This document shows, in pieces, positions 1 to 11,459 of a DNA stretch of 64,000 nucleotides (its first letter is position 1; every line of letters starts with the position of its first letter). Below the pieces are notes generated by a model. It was given only the letters and a program-made list of their open reading frames with translations, did not search any database and was not told the DNA's origin. The stretch lies in assembly GCA_964016885.1 (NCBI GenBank), contig OZ024742.1:140430001-140494000 (forward strand). Reading direction: 5' to 3'. Origin of the DNA: Eledone cirrhosa. Taxonomy: Eukaryota. The translations under genes and the position numbers were made by a program.

Positions 1-21
1 ATATATATATATATTATATAT

Positions 22-52
<31 letters not shown>

Positions 53-63
53 ATATTATATAT

Positions 64-94
<31 letters not shown>

Positions 95-317
95 ATATTA
101 TATATATATATATATATATTATATATTATATATATATATTATATATTATATATATATATTATATATTATATATATTATATATATATATTATATATATTAT
201 ATATATATATATATATACCTCAAGTGGGAAAACTCCCGTCCAAACCCATGCAAGCGTGGAACATGGATGTTAAACGATGATGATGATGATGATATATATT
301 ATATATATATATATAAT

Positions 318-659
318 GGAGGCACATGGCTTAGTGGTTAGAGCATTGGCCTTGCAATCGAAAGGTTGTGAGTTCAATTCTCAGACCGGGTGATGTGTTG
401 TTTCCTTGAGCAAGACACTTTATTTCACATTGCTCCAGTTTACTCAGCTGTAGAAATGAGATGATAGGGACTCCAGTCCCTATCATTCCACTGCAAAGTG
501 GTCGTGGAGGTGCCACATCAAAAAAGCACCCAGCACTCACTGTAAATGAGGTTGGTGTTAGGAAGGGTATCCAGCTGTAGAAATCAAGCCAGAATCAGTT
601 CCCGTCCCACCCTTGCAAGCAGGGAAAAAGTGGACGTAAAATGAAATGATGATGATGAT
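318..659 (+). mobile_element. tRNA-head SINE S1 with lineage A LINE tail
   Basis: A box TGGCTTAGTGG (327-337) and B box GAGTTCAATTC (370-380). CORE-like CCTTGAGCAAGACACTT. Tail CCCGTCCCACCCTTGCAAGCAGGGAAAAAGTGGACGTAAAATG followed by ATG repeats. Confidence 0.85.
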
Positions 660-754
660 TATATATATATATATAATATATATTATATAATATATATATA
701 TATATATTATATATATATATATAATATATATTATATAATATATATATAATATAT

Positions 755-791
<37 letters not shown>

Positions 792-1062
792 CATCATCAT
801 CATCATCATCATCATCGTTTAACGTCCATATTCCATGCTTGCATGGGTTTGGATGGGGGCTTTCCCACTTGAGGCAAGAGTGGTTGTCTTGCTCGCATAG
901 GACTGTCTGGCAGGTTTTCTACAGCTGGATGCCCTTCCTAACACCAACCACATTTACATATTATATATATAATATATATATAACATATATATATATAATA
1001 TATATATAATATATATATATAATATATATATATAATATATATATAATATATATATATATAAT

Positions 1063-1100
<38 letters not shown>

Positions 1101-1248
1101 ATTGTTTCTACTTTAGGCACAAGGCCAGCAATTACTCAGTACATTACTGGTACTTTATTTTATCGACCCCATAAGGATGAAAGGCTAAGTTAAACTCTAT
1201 ATATATATAATATATATATATAATATATATATATATATAATATATATA

Positions 1249-1287
<39 letters not shown>

Positions 1288-1311
1288 ATATAATATATAT
1301 ATATATATATA

Positions 1312-2656
1312 TCATCATCATCATCATCTATCATCATCATTTTACGTCCGCTTTTCTCTGCTTGCAAGGGTGGGACGGGTCTTATTCAGCACAGCATCTC
1401 TCCACTCGTCACGGTCCCTCGTCATCTCCACCGTGAGCTTCAATGATCTGAGGTCTGTTCTCACCACCTCCGACAATGTTTTTCGTGGTCTACCTCTACC
1501 ACGTCTTCCTTCAACTGGCAATTCCTGGCACTTCTTCACCCATCGGTCATCCTCCATGCGCATCACATGTCCATACCACCTCAGTCTCCTCTCCCGTACA
1601 CTACATTCTATCCCTCTCAGACACAGTTTCTCTCTCAACACATTTATGCTGGGTCGTTCACGCACATTTACACTGCACATCCAATGGAGCATGCTTGCCT
1701 CATTTCTCTCCAGCCGTCGCATATTCTCTGCAGTTGCTGCCCATGTCTCACTACCGTGCAGCATCGCGCTCCTCACACAGGCATCATACAACCGGCCTTT
1801 CGTATGCAGGGAGAAACCCTTCTTCGTCAACAGAGGAAGCAGCTCCCTAAACTTCTTCCAACCCGTCCTTATTCTAGATACTATGGCCTCGGAACACCCT
1901 CCTCCCATGCTAATCTGATCTCCTAGGTACCGGAAGCTATCCACCACTTCTATAGCACCCTCTTGCATTTGAAAAATGTGTCTATCAATGCGACTTCTAC
2001 TGTCTCATTTCCCTGTACATCTACTGCATACATATTTCTCCCTACCTGTTAGTTTGCCTGCTATCCCGCTACATCTCTTGTGTACCCAGGATCTGCATTG
2101 TGTGCATTTTATAGAATTTATGCCAGTTCCTTTTCTGCATATCGAACATGGCCATTTCCCCGACGGAATCAGGGTTTTGTCCTCTTTTCTACTCATCAAC
2201 ACTTTTGTCTTAGCTAAATTCACTCTCAGTCCTCTTGCTTCCAACTGCTGTTTCCATAGCCAGAATTTATTCTCTATCTCCTCTACTGATTCTGCTATAA
2301 GAACCAGATCGTCAGACAGATCGTCCCATGGACAGCCAGTCTTAAACTCGTCTGTTATGGCTTGGAGGACTGTAATGAACAAGAGCGGGCTGAGGACCGA
2401 ACCCTGATGTACTCCTACTTGTATCTGGAATTCCTCACTAAACTCCATTCCTACCCTGATTTTACTGAGAGTACCTCTGTACAAAGTTTGCACTGTCCTC
2501 ACAAGCCATTCCTCAACACCTAGCTTCCTTAGGGACCACCAGATGACAGATCGGGGTACCCTATCAAAGGCCTTCTCTAGGTCAACAAAGGCTAAGTATA
2601 GTGGCTTATTCTTCTCTAAGAACCTCTCTTGCAATTGTCTCACCAAGAAGAGGGCA
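1312..2656 (-). mobile_element. 5'-truncated RTE-group LINE, lineage A (RT + PHD-like finger + C-terminal domain), inactive
   Basis: Motifs FVDLEKAFDRVPR, GVHQGSVLSPLLF, MLHGSETW and RLRWYGHVMR. The YADD motif is corrupted (WDDLSDDLVL), there is an in-frame TGA at 2005-2007, and it ends in an (ATG)n tail. Confidence 0.92.
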
Positions 2657-2698
2657 TATATATATATATATATAATATATATATATATATAATATAAT

Positions 2699-2732
<34 letters not shown>

Positions 2733-2903
2733 ATATATATATAATATAATATATATATATATAATATATATATATATAATATATATATAATATATATATA
2801 TATAATATAATATATATATATATAATATATATATATATAGATATATATATATATATATATAATATATATATATATAATATATATATATATAATATAATAT
2901 ATA

Positions 2904-2967
<64 letters not shown>

Positions 2968-3115
2968 GATATATAACATATAGATATATAACATATATAT
3001 ATATAATATATATATATAATATATATATATATAGATATATAACATATATATATATAATATATATATATAATATATATATATAGAGATATATAACATATAT
3101 ATATATAATATATAT

Positions 3116-3188
<73 letters not shown>
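2657..3188. repeat. (TA)n microsatellite
   Basis: Direct inspection. Many similar tracts occur in 1-25.9 kb. Confidence 0.97.
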
Positions 3189-3190
<2 letters not shown>

Positions 3191-4632
3191 CTCTCTTTCT
3201 TAAATTGATTAATGAAATATGATTTTCTTGGGAAAAACATTTTTTGAGTTTTTTTAATTTACCATTTTGATGATGCCTTAACACTTTCATTAGTATATTT
3301 CTAATGAAATACATTTTTAATGATTTTCAAATACTTGTTTAAATAAAGAATTTTTTAGAGGTTCAGTAATGAAACTGACAATATTAAGCTGGTATATTGA
3401 TAGATTTTTAGATCGATATAAATGATTGAATATTAATTAACTACATTGATGTGTGGGTAAGTGGGCATACATGTACAGCCATGCCAGTGAATATACATAT
3501 TTGTGTGTGTGTGTATTATTATTATTATTATTATAACTTTGACTTTCATCCTTACGGGGTCGATAAAATAAAGTACCAGTAATACACTGGATAATTGTTG
3601 GCCTTGTGCCTAACGTAGAAACAATTATCATTATATTATTATATTATGAGTATTATTACATTATTATATTATGATTATTATTATTTAGGTTTTCAAGGAT
3701 CTAGTGGTTTCATAGTTTTGTTGATGAAAGCATGTAGTCTCTATTATCAGAACTTGCAAGCACTAATCATCAGCTGTATATAAATTTGTAAATATATCAA
3801 GAGCTTCTTCTTTCATAATGTGAAATTATACCCAAGTAACTATATATATTTACACACAAACGGCAGACAAGAGAGGCCACGTACCGTTCCTCTCCGACAG
3901 ATAACTTTTCCCCTCGGATACCCCCCAGTTGATGGATGCGAAATCCAAAATATAGGGACAATTAAATCTTTTCCAAGGTAAATCTATCTCATGTTATTAT
4001 TTTTACGCTCTTTCCTACGTTCCTCTATATACTATACATCTCATTCTACATCTCTCTCTTCACCAACGGATTCTGTTACCCGGAGATTTACCCATCTGCA
4101 TTGTTGAGGCTTCCAAAACGAACAAATTTTTTTATTATCCCACAATGCTTCAAACAAACTTCAATACTCTCTTATTTATATATATAATTAAGATGTTTGC
4201 TCTAACATAGCTCTATACACATAAGTATGAGTATTTTCTATATCTAGCAATATATGGCATGTCTATAATTAAATATTTTGAAAACCTTGAGCTACGAATT
4301 TTGGAAACTCATGATCTAGCGCCATCTAGCAGATTCTGACTCTGGTTGTTATCAAGACCCCGCTCTCTGCTAGAATTCAATATATATATATATATATAAA
4401 CACATATATATGTGTGTGTATGTATGTGTATGTATGTATGTGTGTGTGTGTATCCCGGATTCAATTGGAAGCAAACACAGTAACGTACTCAATACATAGC
4501 AGAGTATATATTTTTAATATAGAAATGGCTTCTACAGAATAGAACTGTTTCTGATTATTTCTTTTGCATGAAACAGTTCTAGTCCTGTAGAAACCATTTC
4601 TATACACACACACACACACACACATATATATG

Positions 4633-4685
<53 letters not shown>

Positions 4686-4687
4686 CA

Positions 4688-5200
4688 TATAATCAAGGTT
4701 TAGCAAATAAGAAAAAGTTTCAAGATAAATTTGAAAAAATTCACTGTACTTACTATGGATAGTCCTTGCGGGCCTAAATTGAAAAGATAAACTCTCGTCA
4801 GAAGGTTCTTTTCACTCGGAGAATATAACATTCCCGAGTTCGAATTACGAACTGGCGCTTTCAAAATTGTTCCCGAGATGAGAATGAATGATGTGGAAGC
4901 AATTCTCTCCAGTGCCGTGTGCAAAGATAGAAGGCAGAGGCAGGGAGGTCAAACTATTACCACTATAAATAGCAGCAGTCAAAATGACCAAATTTCATCT
5001 CGACCAGGGGGAGATTAATAATAATAAAGTATATATCCCTATAAAAAACGTATAGGGATACGTGTATTATCTAACCATATGCCAATGTGGATCTATGGCA
5101 GGTTAATAAATTAATGAGCCAGAACATATATAATCAGGGTTTAGCAAATAAGAAAAAGTTTCAAAATAAATTTCAAAATATTCACTGTACTTACTATGGT
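4688..5200 (-). mobile_element. Diverged HH-B carrier with terminal direct repeat; hammerhead 3' half deleted
   Basis: TCGTCAG (CTGACGA on minus) at ~4795-4801, but the GAAAC..GTA segment is missing. A ~70-bp direct repeat lies at 4688-4758 and 5128-5199. Confidence 0.55.
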
Positions 5201-5266
5201 TACCTTTCATATATATATATATATCATATACAATATTAAATAAATGGAAACTATATTTATAAAACC

Positions 5267-5343
5267 ATATTTATTTCATTATATATATTTCAGGGATAAC
5301 ATATTAACAATATGCTATGCCTTCCTCAGACAAAATACAATAT
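5267..5343 (-). ncRNA. Inverted second copy of hammerhead HH-A
   Basis: Reverse complement of 5422-5498 (TTTC at 5288-5291, TCCTCAG at 5323-5329) inside a 120-bp inverted repeat. Confidence 0.72.
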
Positions 5344-5421
5344 AAACAGTTTTATAGATAAATAGATAAATAGATTCGACATACCGTACCAACATCTACT
5401 TGCATTTGAGAAGGTTTGTTT

Positions 5422-5498
5422 ATATTGTATTTTGTCTGAGGAAGGCATAGCATATTGTTAATATGTTATCCCTGAAATATATATAATGAAATAAATAT
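5422..5498 (+). ncRNA. Minimal type I hammerhead ribozyme (family HH-A)
   Basis: CTGAGGA at 5436-5442. Stem II is AGGCATAGCATATT/GTT/AATATGTTATCCCT (14 positions, 1 mismatch, 1 GU). GAAA at 5474-5477. Stem III is AT-[ATAT]-AT with AUA cleavage after 5485. Stem I is ATATTGTATTTTGT pairing with ATGAAATAAATAT. Confidence 0.75.
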
Positions 5499-5782
5499 GG
5501 TTTTATAAATATAGTTTCCATTTATTTAATATTGTAAATATACTCCAAATATTTGTCGAGTGCTTTTATATCAGTTATAAATATTTACTAGCTGTAACAC
5601 AACAATTTAAATATAACTTTCCATATATATATTATATATATATTTATATAATCTATATATATGTATGTGTATATATATATATGTGTGTGTGTATACATAT
5701 GTATATATATATATATGTATGTATATATATGTATCTATGTATATACTGTCAAAGGACAAAGGAGCTCTATATATATATATAT

Positions 5783-5982
5783 ATAACGAAGGAAATGTGG
5801 TAAGGAACCAGGTGGACCATAACGCACCAAAGTACTCAATACTTGAGGTAGTAGAGTGGGTAATAGGAACCAGTAAGACCCCGACAGCTGAGCTCAAGCC
5901 GTTTCGACGGCTAATTCTGGACTCAGTCCAGAATTAGCCGTCGAAACGGCTTGAGCTCAGCTGTCGGGGTCTTACTGGTTCC

Positions 5983-5985
<3 letters not shown>
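5783..5985. mobile_element. Palindromic half-hammerhead element (family P1)
   Basis: Perfect 61-bp arms 5863-5923 and 5925-5985. Each arm reads GAAAC-GGCT-TGAGCTC-AGCT-GTC-GGGGTC. Further copies at 12997-13180, 15427-15562 and 19902-20018. Confidence 0.6.
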
Positions 5986-6009
<24 letters not shown>

Positions 6010-6013
<4 letters not shown>

Positions 6014-6102
6014 CTCCTTTGTCCTTTGACAGGTTTCGTTTTTAGTCCTGCAGGATGTCCAAAGTGATATACATATATACATACATGCATACATATATAT
6101 AC

Positions 6103-6148
<46 letters not shown>

Positions 6149-6299
6149 ATGTATGTATGTATATGTATGTATGTATGTATGTATGTATATATATGTATAT
6201 ATGTATGTATATATATGTATGTATGTATGTATATATGTATATGACTTTGGACATCCTGCAGGACTAAAAACGAAACCTGTCAAAGGACAAAGGAGCTCT
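6010..6299. repeat. 56-bp inverted repeat around a microsatellite (family P2)
   Basis: Arms 6010-6065 and 6244-6299 contain CGAAACCTGTC. A fragment also occurs at 5747-5768. Confidence 0.7.
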
Positions 6300-6305
6300 T
6301 AAGAG

Positions 6306-7016
6306 TCAATGGCCATCCAAAATCACCGGGAGAGATGACCCCTTAGCCTTTGTCAAGGCAGAATTCTAGGAGAAGGAAAACTCTGATATAACAGCTGCAA
6401 CCCTGATGGTATGCAATATATATATGTATGTATGCATATGTATATAATATATGTATCTATATATATATGTATGTATGCATATATATATATATATGTATGT
6501 ATGTATGCATATGTATGTATGCATATGTATGTATATATGTATGTATTTATATATATATATATGTATGTATGTATATATGTATGTATATATATATGTATGT
6601 ATATATATATATGTATGACCCCTTAGCCTTTGTCAAGGCAGAATTCTAGGAGAAGGAAAACTCTGATATAATACCTGCAACCCTGATGGTATCCAATGAT
6701 GTTGACTTGTTCTTCTTTTTGGTAAATATCATCTTGGTTAAGAGAGTGGGACTGGCTTTGTGCAGTGCCTTTGCTCACTATAAAAGCTTCACGGCACAGG
6801 CATTGCTTTATATCTGGAGATCTCTCTGCACTTGTCGTCACATGGTACCATGGGCCCAGCACTATGTGTCAATAATTGTCACAGGTGTAGTGTTTGTACC
6901 AGAGTTTTCAAGTCGCTGGCTGGACTAAAAAGTCACTCGTTCAGCGCATCGGTAGGGGTTCTCCTACATGGATATAAAGTAGTGGCCGTACTCGAAAACG
7001 AGTTGGCAGCCACCAT
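6306..7016 (+). mobile_element. Bipartite non-autonomous RTE derivative; 5' part duplicated around a microsatellite
   Basis: 5' part has CTAGGAGAAGGAAAACTCTGATATAA (6306-6411, repeated from 6615). 3' part encodes [17 protein letters not shown] and ends GGCCGTACTCGAAAACGAGTTGGCAGCCACCAT. Confidence 0.7.
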
Positions 7017-7147
7017 GTATATATATATATATATGTATATATATATGTATGTATGCATATCTATGTATGTATATATATATGTATATATATATATGTATGT
7101 ATGCATATCTATGTATGTATATATATATTTATATATATATATGTATG

Positions 7148-7588
7148 TATACGGTTGGATAATACATGTGTCCCTATATGCATTTTTTGCACGTAGGAAA
7201 ACATACTTTATTATTATTAATCTCCCCTAAGGTCGAGATAACATTTTGGTCGTTTTAACTGCTGCTATTTATAGTGGCAGGACACGGACCTTTCCGCCCT
7301 TGTCTTCTATCTTTACACACGGCACTAGACAGAATTGTTTCTTCATCATACACTCTCATCCGGGAACAGTTCTGTATGGTGCCAGTTCGTGATTTGAACT
7401 CGGGAATTTTATATTCTCCGAGTGAGAAGAACCCTCTGACGAGAGTCTCCTTCTCAATGAATTTCCGCATGGATTATCCATTTATTTTGAGACTTGAAAC
7501 CGTGCGGTAAGGGTAAATATAGTAAGTACAGTGGACTTTTAAAATTTATTTTAAAACTGTTTCTCTATTTGCTAAACCTTGATTATAT
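7148..7588 (+). mobile_element. ~440-bp non-coding hammerhead-bearing element (HH-B carrier)
   Basis: Homologous to the reverse complement of 4688-5127. Embedded in TA/TATG tracts. No credible ORF. Confidence 0.6.
7431..7514 (+). ncRNA. Type I hammerhead ribozyme (family HH-B)
   Basis: Stem I ACCCT (7431-35)/AGGGT (7510-14). CTGACGA at 7436-7442. Stem II GAGTCTC/GAGACTT with a long loop. GAAAC at 7496-7500. Stem III ACCG-TG-CGGT. GUA cleavage after 7509. Confidence 0.78.
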
Positions 7589-7589
7589 G

Positions 7590-7687
<98 letters not shown>

Positions 7688-7713
7688 TGTATGTATGTAT
7701 GTATGTATGTATG

Positions 7714-7761
<48 letters not shown>

Positions 7762-7847
7762 TATGTATATATATGTATATATATATATATATATACATAT
7801 GTCATGTACATATGTATGTATATGTGTATATGTATGTATGTATGTAT

Positions 7848-7907
<60 letters not shown>

Positions 7908-7934
7908 GTCATTTACATATGTATGTATATGTTT

Positions 7935-8274
7935 ATGGGGGACATAGAAATAGTTGGGCTGAACATCCGATCGCGCGGTTAAACCACTTGGAGTGAAGGA
8001 ACCCTTTGTCAGGGCATTCTTCTAGGAGAAGGCAACTCAAGAAACTGGGATAACTCCGATATAAAACCTGCGGCTCAGTAGTTCCCAATGATGTTGATCT
8101 TTTCTTCTTTTCGGATTATAGCTACTGTCACTCAGAGAGCGGGATTGGCTCACTGCACAGTCTTTCCTCACTTTAAAAAATATCTTCACGCATTGCACAA
8201 TAGAATTAATTAATAATTATTAATAATGGTATATCGTGCTATGGCTATACTCGATAACGAGAGGGCAGCCATCA
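7935..8274 (+). mobile_element. Related bipartite RTE derivative
   Basis: Shares CTAGGAGAAGG..GATATAAAACCTGC..CCAATGATGTTGA..TTCTTCTTTT and the terminal GGCTATACTCGATAACGAGAGGGCAGCCATCAT. Confidence 0.6.
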
Positions 8275-8285
8275 TATGTGTATGT

Positions 8286-8637
8286 ATCATCATCATCATC
8301 ATCATCATCATTTCATTTTACGTCCACTTTTCCCTGCTTGCAAGGGTGTGACGGGAACTGATTCTGGCTTGATTTCTACAGCTGGATGCCCTTCCTAACA
8401 CCAACCTCATTTACAGTGAGTGCTGGGTGCTTTTTTGCCGTGGCACCTCCACGACCACTTTGCAGTGGAATGATATGGACCCCAGTCCCTTTCATCTTAT
8501 TTTTACAGCTGAGTAAACTGGAGCAATGTGAAATAAAGTGTCTTGCTCAAGGAAACAACACATCACCTGCTCTGAGAATTGGAGTCACAACCTTTCAATT
8601 GCAAGGCCAATGCTCTAACCACTAAGCCATGTGCATC

Positions 8638-8638
<1 letters not shown>
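8286..8638 (-). mobile_element. SINE S1 copy
   Basis: Full-length reverse-complement match to 318-659. Confidence 0.85.
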
Positions 8639-8682
<44 letters not shown>

Positions 8683-8878
8683 GTATGTATGTATATATAT
8701 ATGTATATGTATATATATGTATATATGTATGTATATATATATATGTATGTATGTATATATGTATGTATGTATATATATATGTATGTATGTATATATATAT
8801 GTATGTATGTATATATATATGTATGTATATATATATGTATATATGTATGTATGTATATATATATGTATGTTTGTATAT

Positions 8879-9293
8879 ATCCGGGAGAGATGACCCCTTA
8901 GCCTTTGTCAAGGCAGAATTCAAGGAGAAGGAAAACTCTGATATAACACCTGCAACCCTGATGGTATCCAATGATGTTGACTTGTTCTTCTTTTTGGTAA
9001 ATATCATCTTGGTTAAGAGAGTGGGACTGGCTTTGTGCAGTGCCTTTGCTCACTATAAAAGCTTCACGACACAGGCATTGCTTTATATCTGGAGATCTCT
9101 CTGCACTTGTCGTCACATGGTACCATGGGCCCAGCACTATGTCTCAGTAATTGTCACAGGTGTAGTGTTTGTACCAGAGTTTTCAAGTCGCTGGCTGGAC
9201 TAAAAAGTCACACTTGTTCAGCGCATCAGTAGGGGTTCTCCTACATGGATATAAAGTAGTGGCCGTACTCGAAAACGAGTTGGCAGCCACCAT
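8879..9293 (+). mobile_element. Bipartite RTE derivative copy
   Basis: Near identity to 6615-7016. The 3' half recurs at 18873-19103. Confidence 0.72.
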
Positions 9294-9386
9294 GTATGTA
9301 TATATATATGTATGTATATATATGTATATATGTATATATATGTATGTATATATATGTATATATATATATATGTATGTATATGTATG

Positions 9387-9419
<33 letters not shown>

Positions 9420-9462
9420 GTATGTATGTATATGTATGTATATATATATATGTATATGTATG

Positions 9463-9495
<33 letters not shown>

Positions 9496-9662
9496 GTATG
9501 TATGTATATGTATGTATATATATATATGAATATATGTATGTATATATATATATGTATATATGTATGTATATACATATATATATATATATATGTATGTATG
9601 TATATGTATGTATATACATATATATATATATGTATGTATGTATATGTATGTATATATATATG

Positions 9663-9711
<49 letters not shown>

Positions 9712-9816
9712 GTATGTATGTATATGTATGTATATATATATATGTATGTATATGTATATATATATATTATATATATGTACATATGTATATGTATATATAT
9801 ATTATATATATGTATG

Positions 9817-9869
<53 letters not shown>

Positions 9870-9876
9870 ATATATA

Positions 9877-9916
<40 letters not shown>

Positions 9917-10016
9917 ATGTATATATATATATTATATATATGTACGTATGTATATGTATGTATATATATATATATGTATGTATGTATATGTATATATATA
10001 TATATGTGTATGTATG

Positions 10017-10079
<63 letters not shown>

Positions 10080-10142
10080 ATGTATGTATATGTATATATA
10101 TATGTATGTATGTATATATATATATGTATGTATGTATGTATG

Positions 10143-10177
<35 letters not shown>

Positions 10178-10215
10178 GTGTATATATATATTATATATAT
10201 GTACGTATGTATATG

Positions 10216-10258
<43 letters not shown>

Positions 10259-10925
10259 ATGTATATATATATATTATATATATGTATGTATGTATATGTG
10301 ATGATGATGATGATGATGTATATATATATTATATATATGTATGTATGTATATGTATATATATATATATTATATATATGTATGTATATGTATATATATATA
10401 TTATATATATGTATGTATGTATATGTATATATATATTATATATATATGTATGTATGTATATATATATATTATATATATGTATGTATGTATATGTATATAT
10501 ATATTATATGTATGTATGTATATGTATATATATATATATGTATATATGTATATGTTTATATATATATATATATGTATGTATGTATATGTATATTATATAT
10601 ATGTATGTATGTATATATATATATATATATTATATATATGTATGTATATATATATATATATATTATATATATGTATGTATATGTATATATATATTTTATA
10701 TATATGTATGTATATGTATATATATATTATATATATGTATGTATATATATATTTTATATATATGTATGTATGTATATGTATATATATATTTTATATATAT
10801 GTATGTATGTATATGTATATATATATTTTATATATATGTATGTATATATATATATATTATATATATATGTATGTATATGTATATATGTATGTATGTATAT
10901 GTATATATATTATATATATATGTAC
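9293..10925. repeat. Compound (TA)n/(TATG)n microsatellite, ~1.6 kb
   Basis: Direct inspection. Confidence 0.97.
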
Positions 10926-11399
10926 GTTCCACGCTGTAATGTGGCCGTGTAGGCAACACGGTAAAAACCTCCCAGCCCCACACTGTAAATGTGGTTGGTG
11001 TTAGGAAGGGCATCCAGCTGTAGAAAACCCGCCAGACAGTCCTATGCGAGCAAGACAATCACTCTTGCCTCAAGTGGGAAAACCCCCGTCCAAACCCATG
11101 CTAGCGTGGAACACGGACGTTAAACGATGATGATGATGATGATGTATATATATATATATTATATATATGTATGTATGTATATCTATATATATATATATAT
11201 TATATGTATATATGTATATATATATATATTATATATATGTATGTATGTATATGTATATATATATATATTATATATATGTATGTATATGTATATATATATA
11301 TATTATATATATGTATGTATATGTATATATATATATATTATATATATGTATGTATGTATATGTATATATATATATTATATATATATGTATATGTATATA

Positions 11400-11443
<44 letters not shown>

Positions 11444-11459
11444 TTATCATTTGATGCTG

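Larger units (their letters stand above)
5229..5625. mobile_element. Palindromic Penelope-like pLTR / retrozyme-like element
   Basis: Inverted arms 5229-5348 and 5417-5536 with a 68-nt spacer. Each arm holds a hammerhead. Flanked by TA tracts. Confidence 0.6.

Noticed and set aside
318-390. tRNA gene
   Set aside because: A/B boxes are present, but the sequence runs into a multi-copy SINE body and tail without a clean acceptor stem.
1370-1918. Antisense ORFs over LINEs (also 42145-42696, 47460-47897, 17896-18270)
   Set aside because: These are shadow frames of RT coding sequence with no independent motifs.
2005-2007. In-frame TGA joining two LINE ORFs (possible selenocysteine or readthrough)
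   Set aside because: The sister copy has TTA (Leu) at the equivalent site and this copy also lacks YADD, so it is a simple nonsense mutation.
9169-11004. Long Y/I/M/C/V-rich ORFs (611 aa here, 488 aa at 23191, many others)
   Set aside because: These are translations of stop-free TA/TATG microsatellites, not genes.
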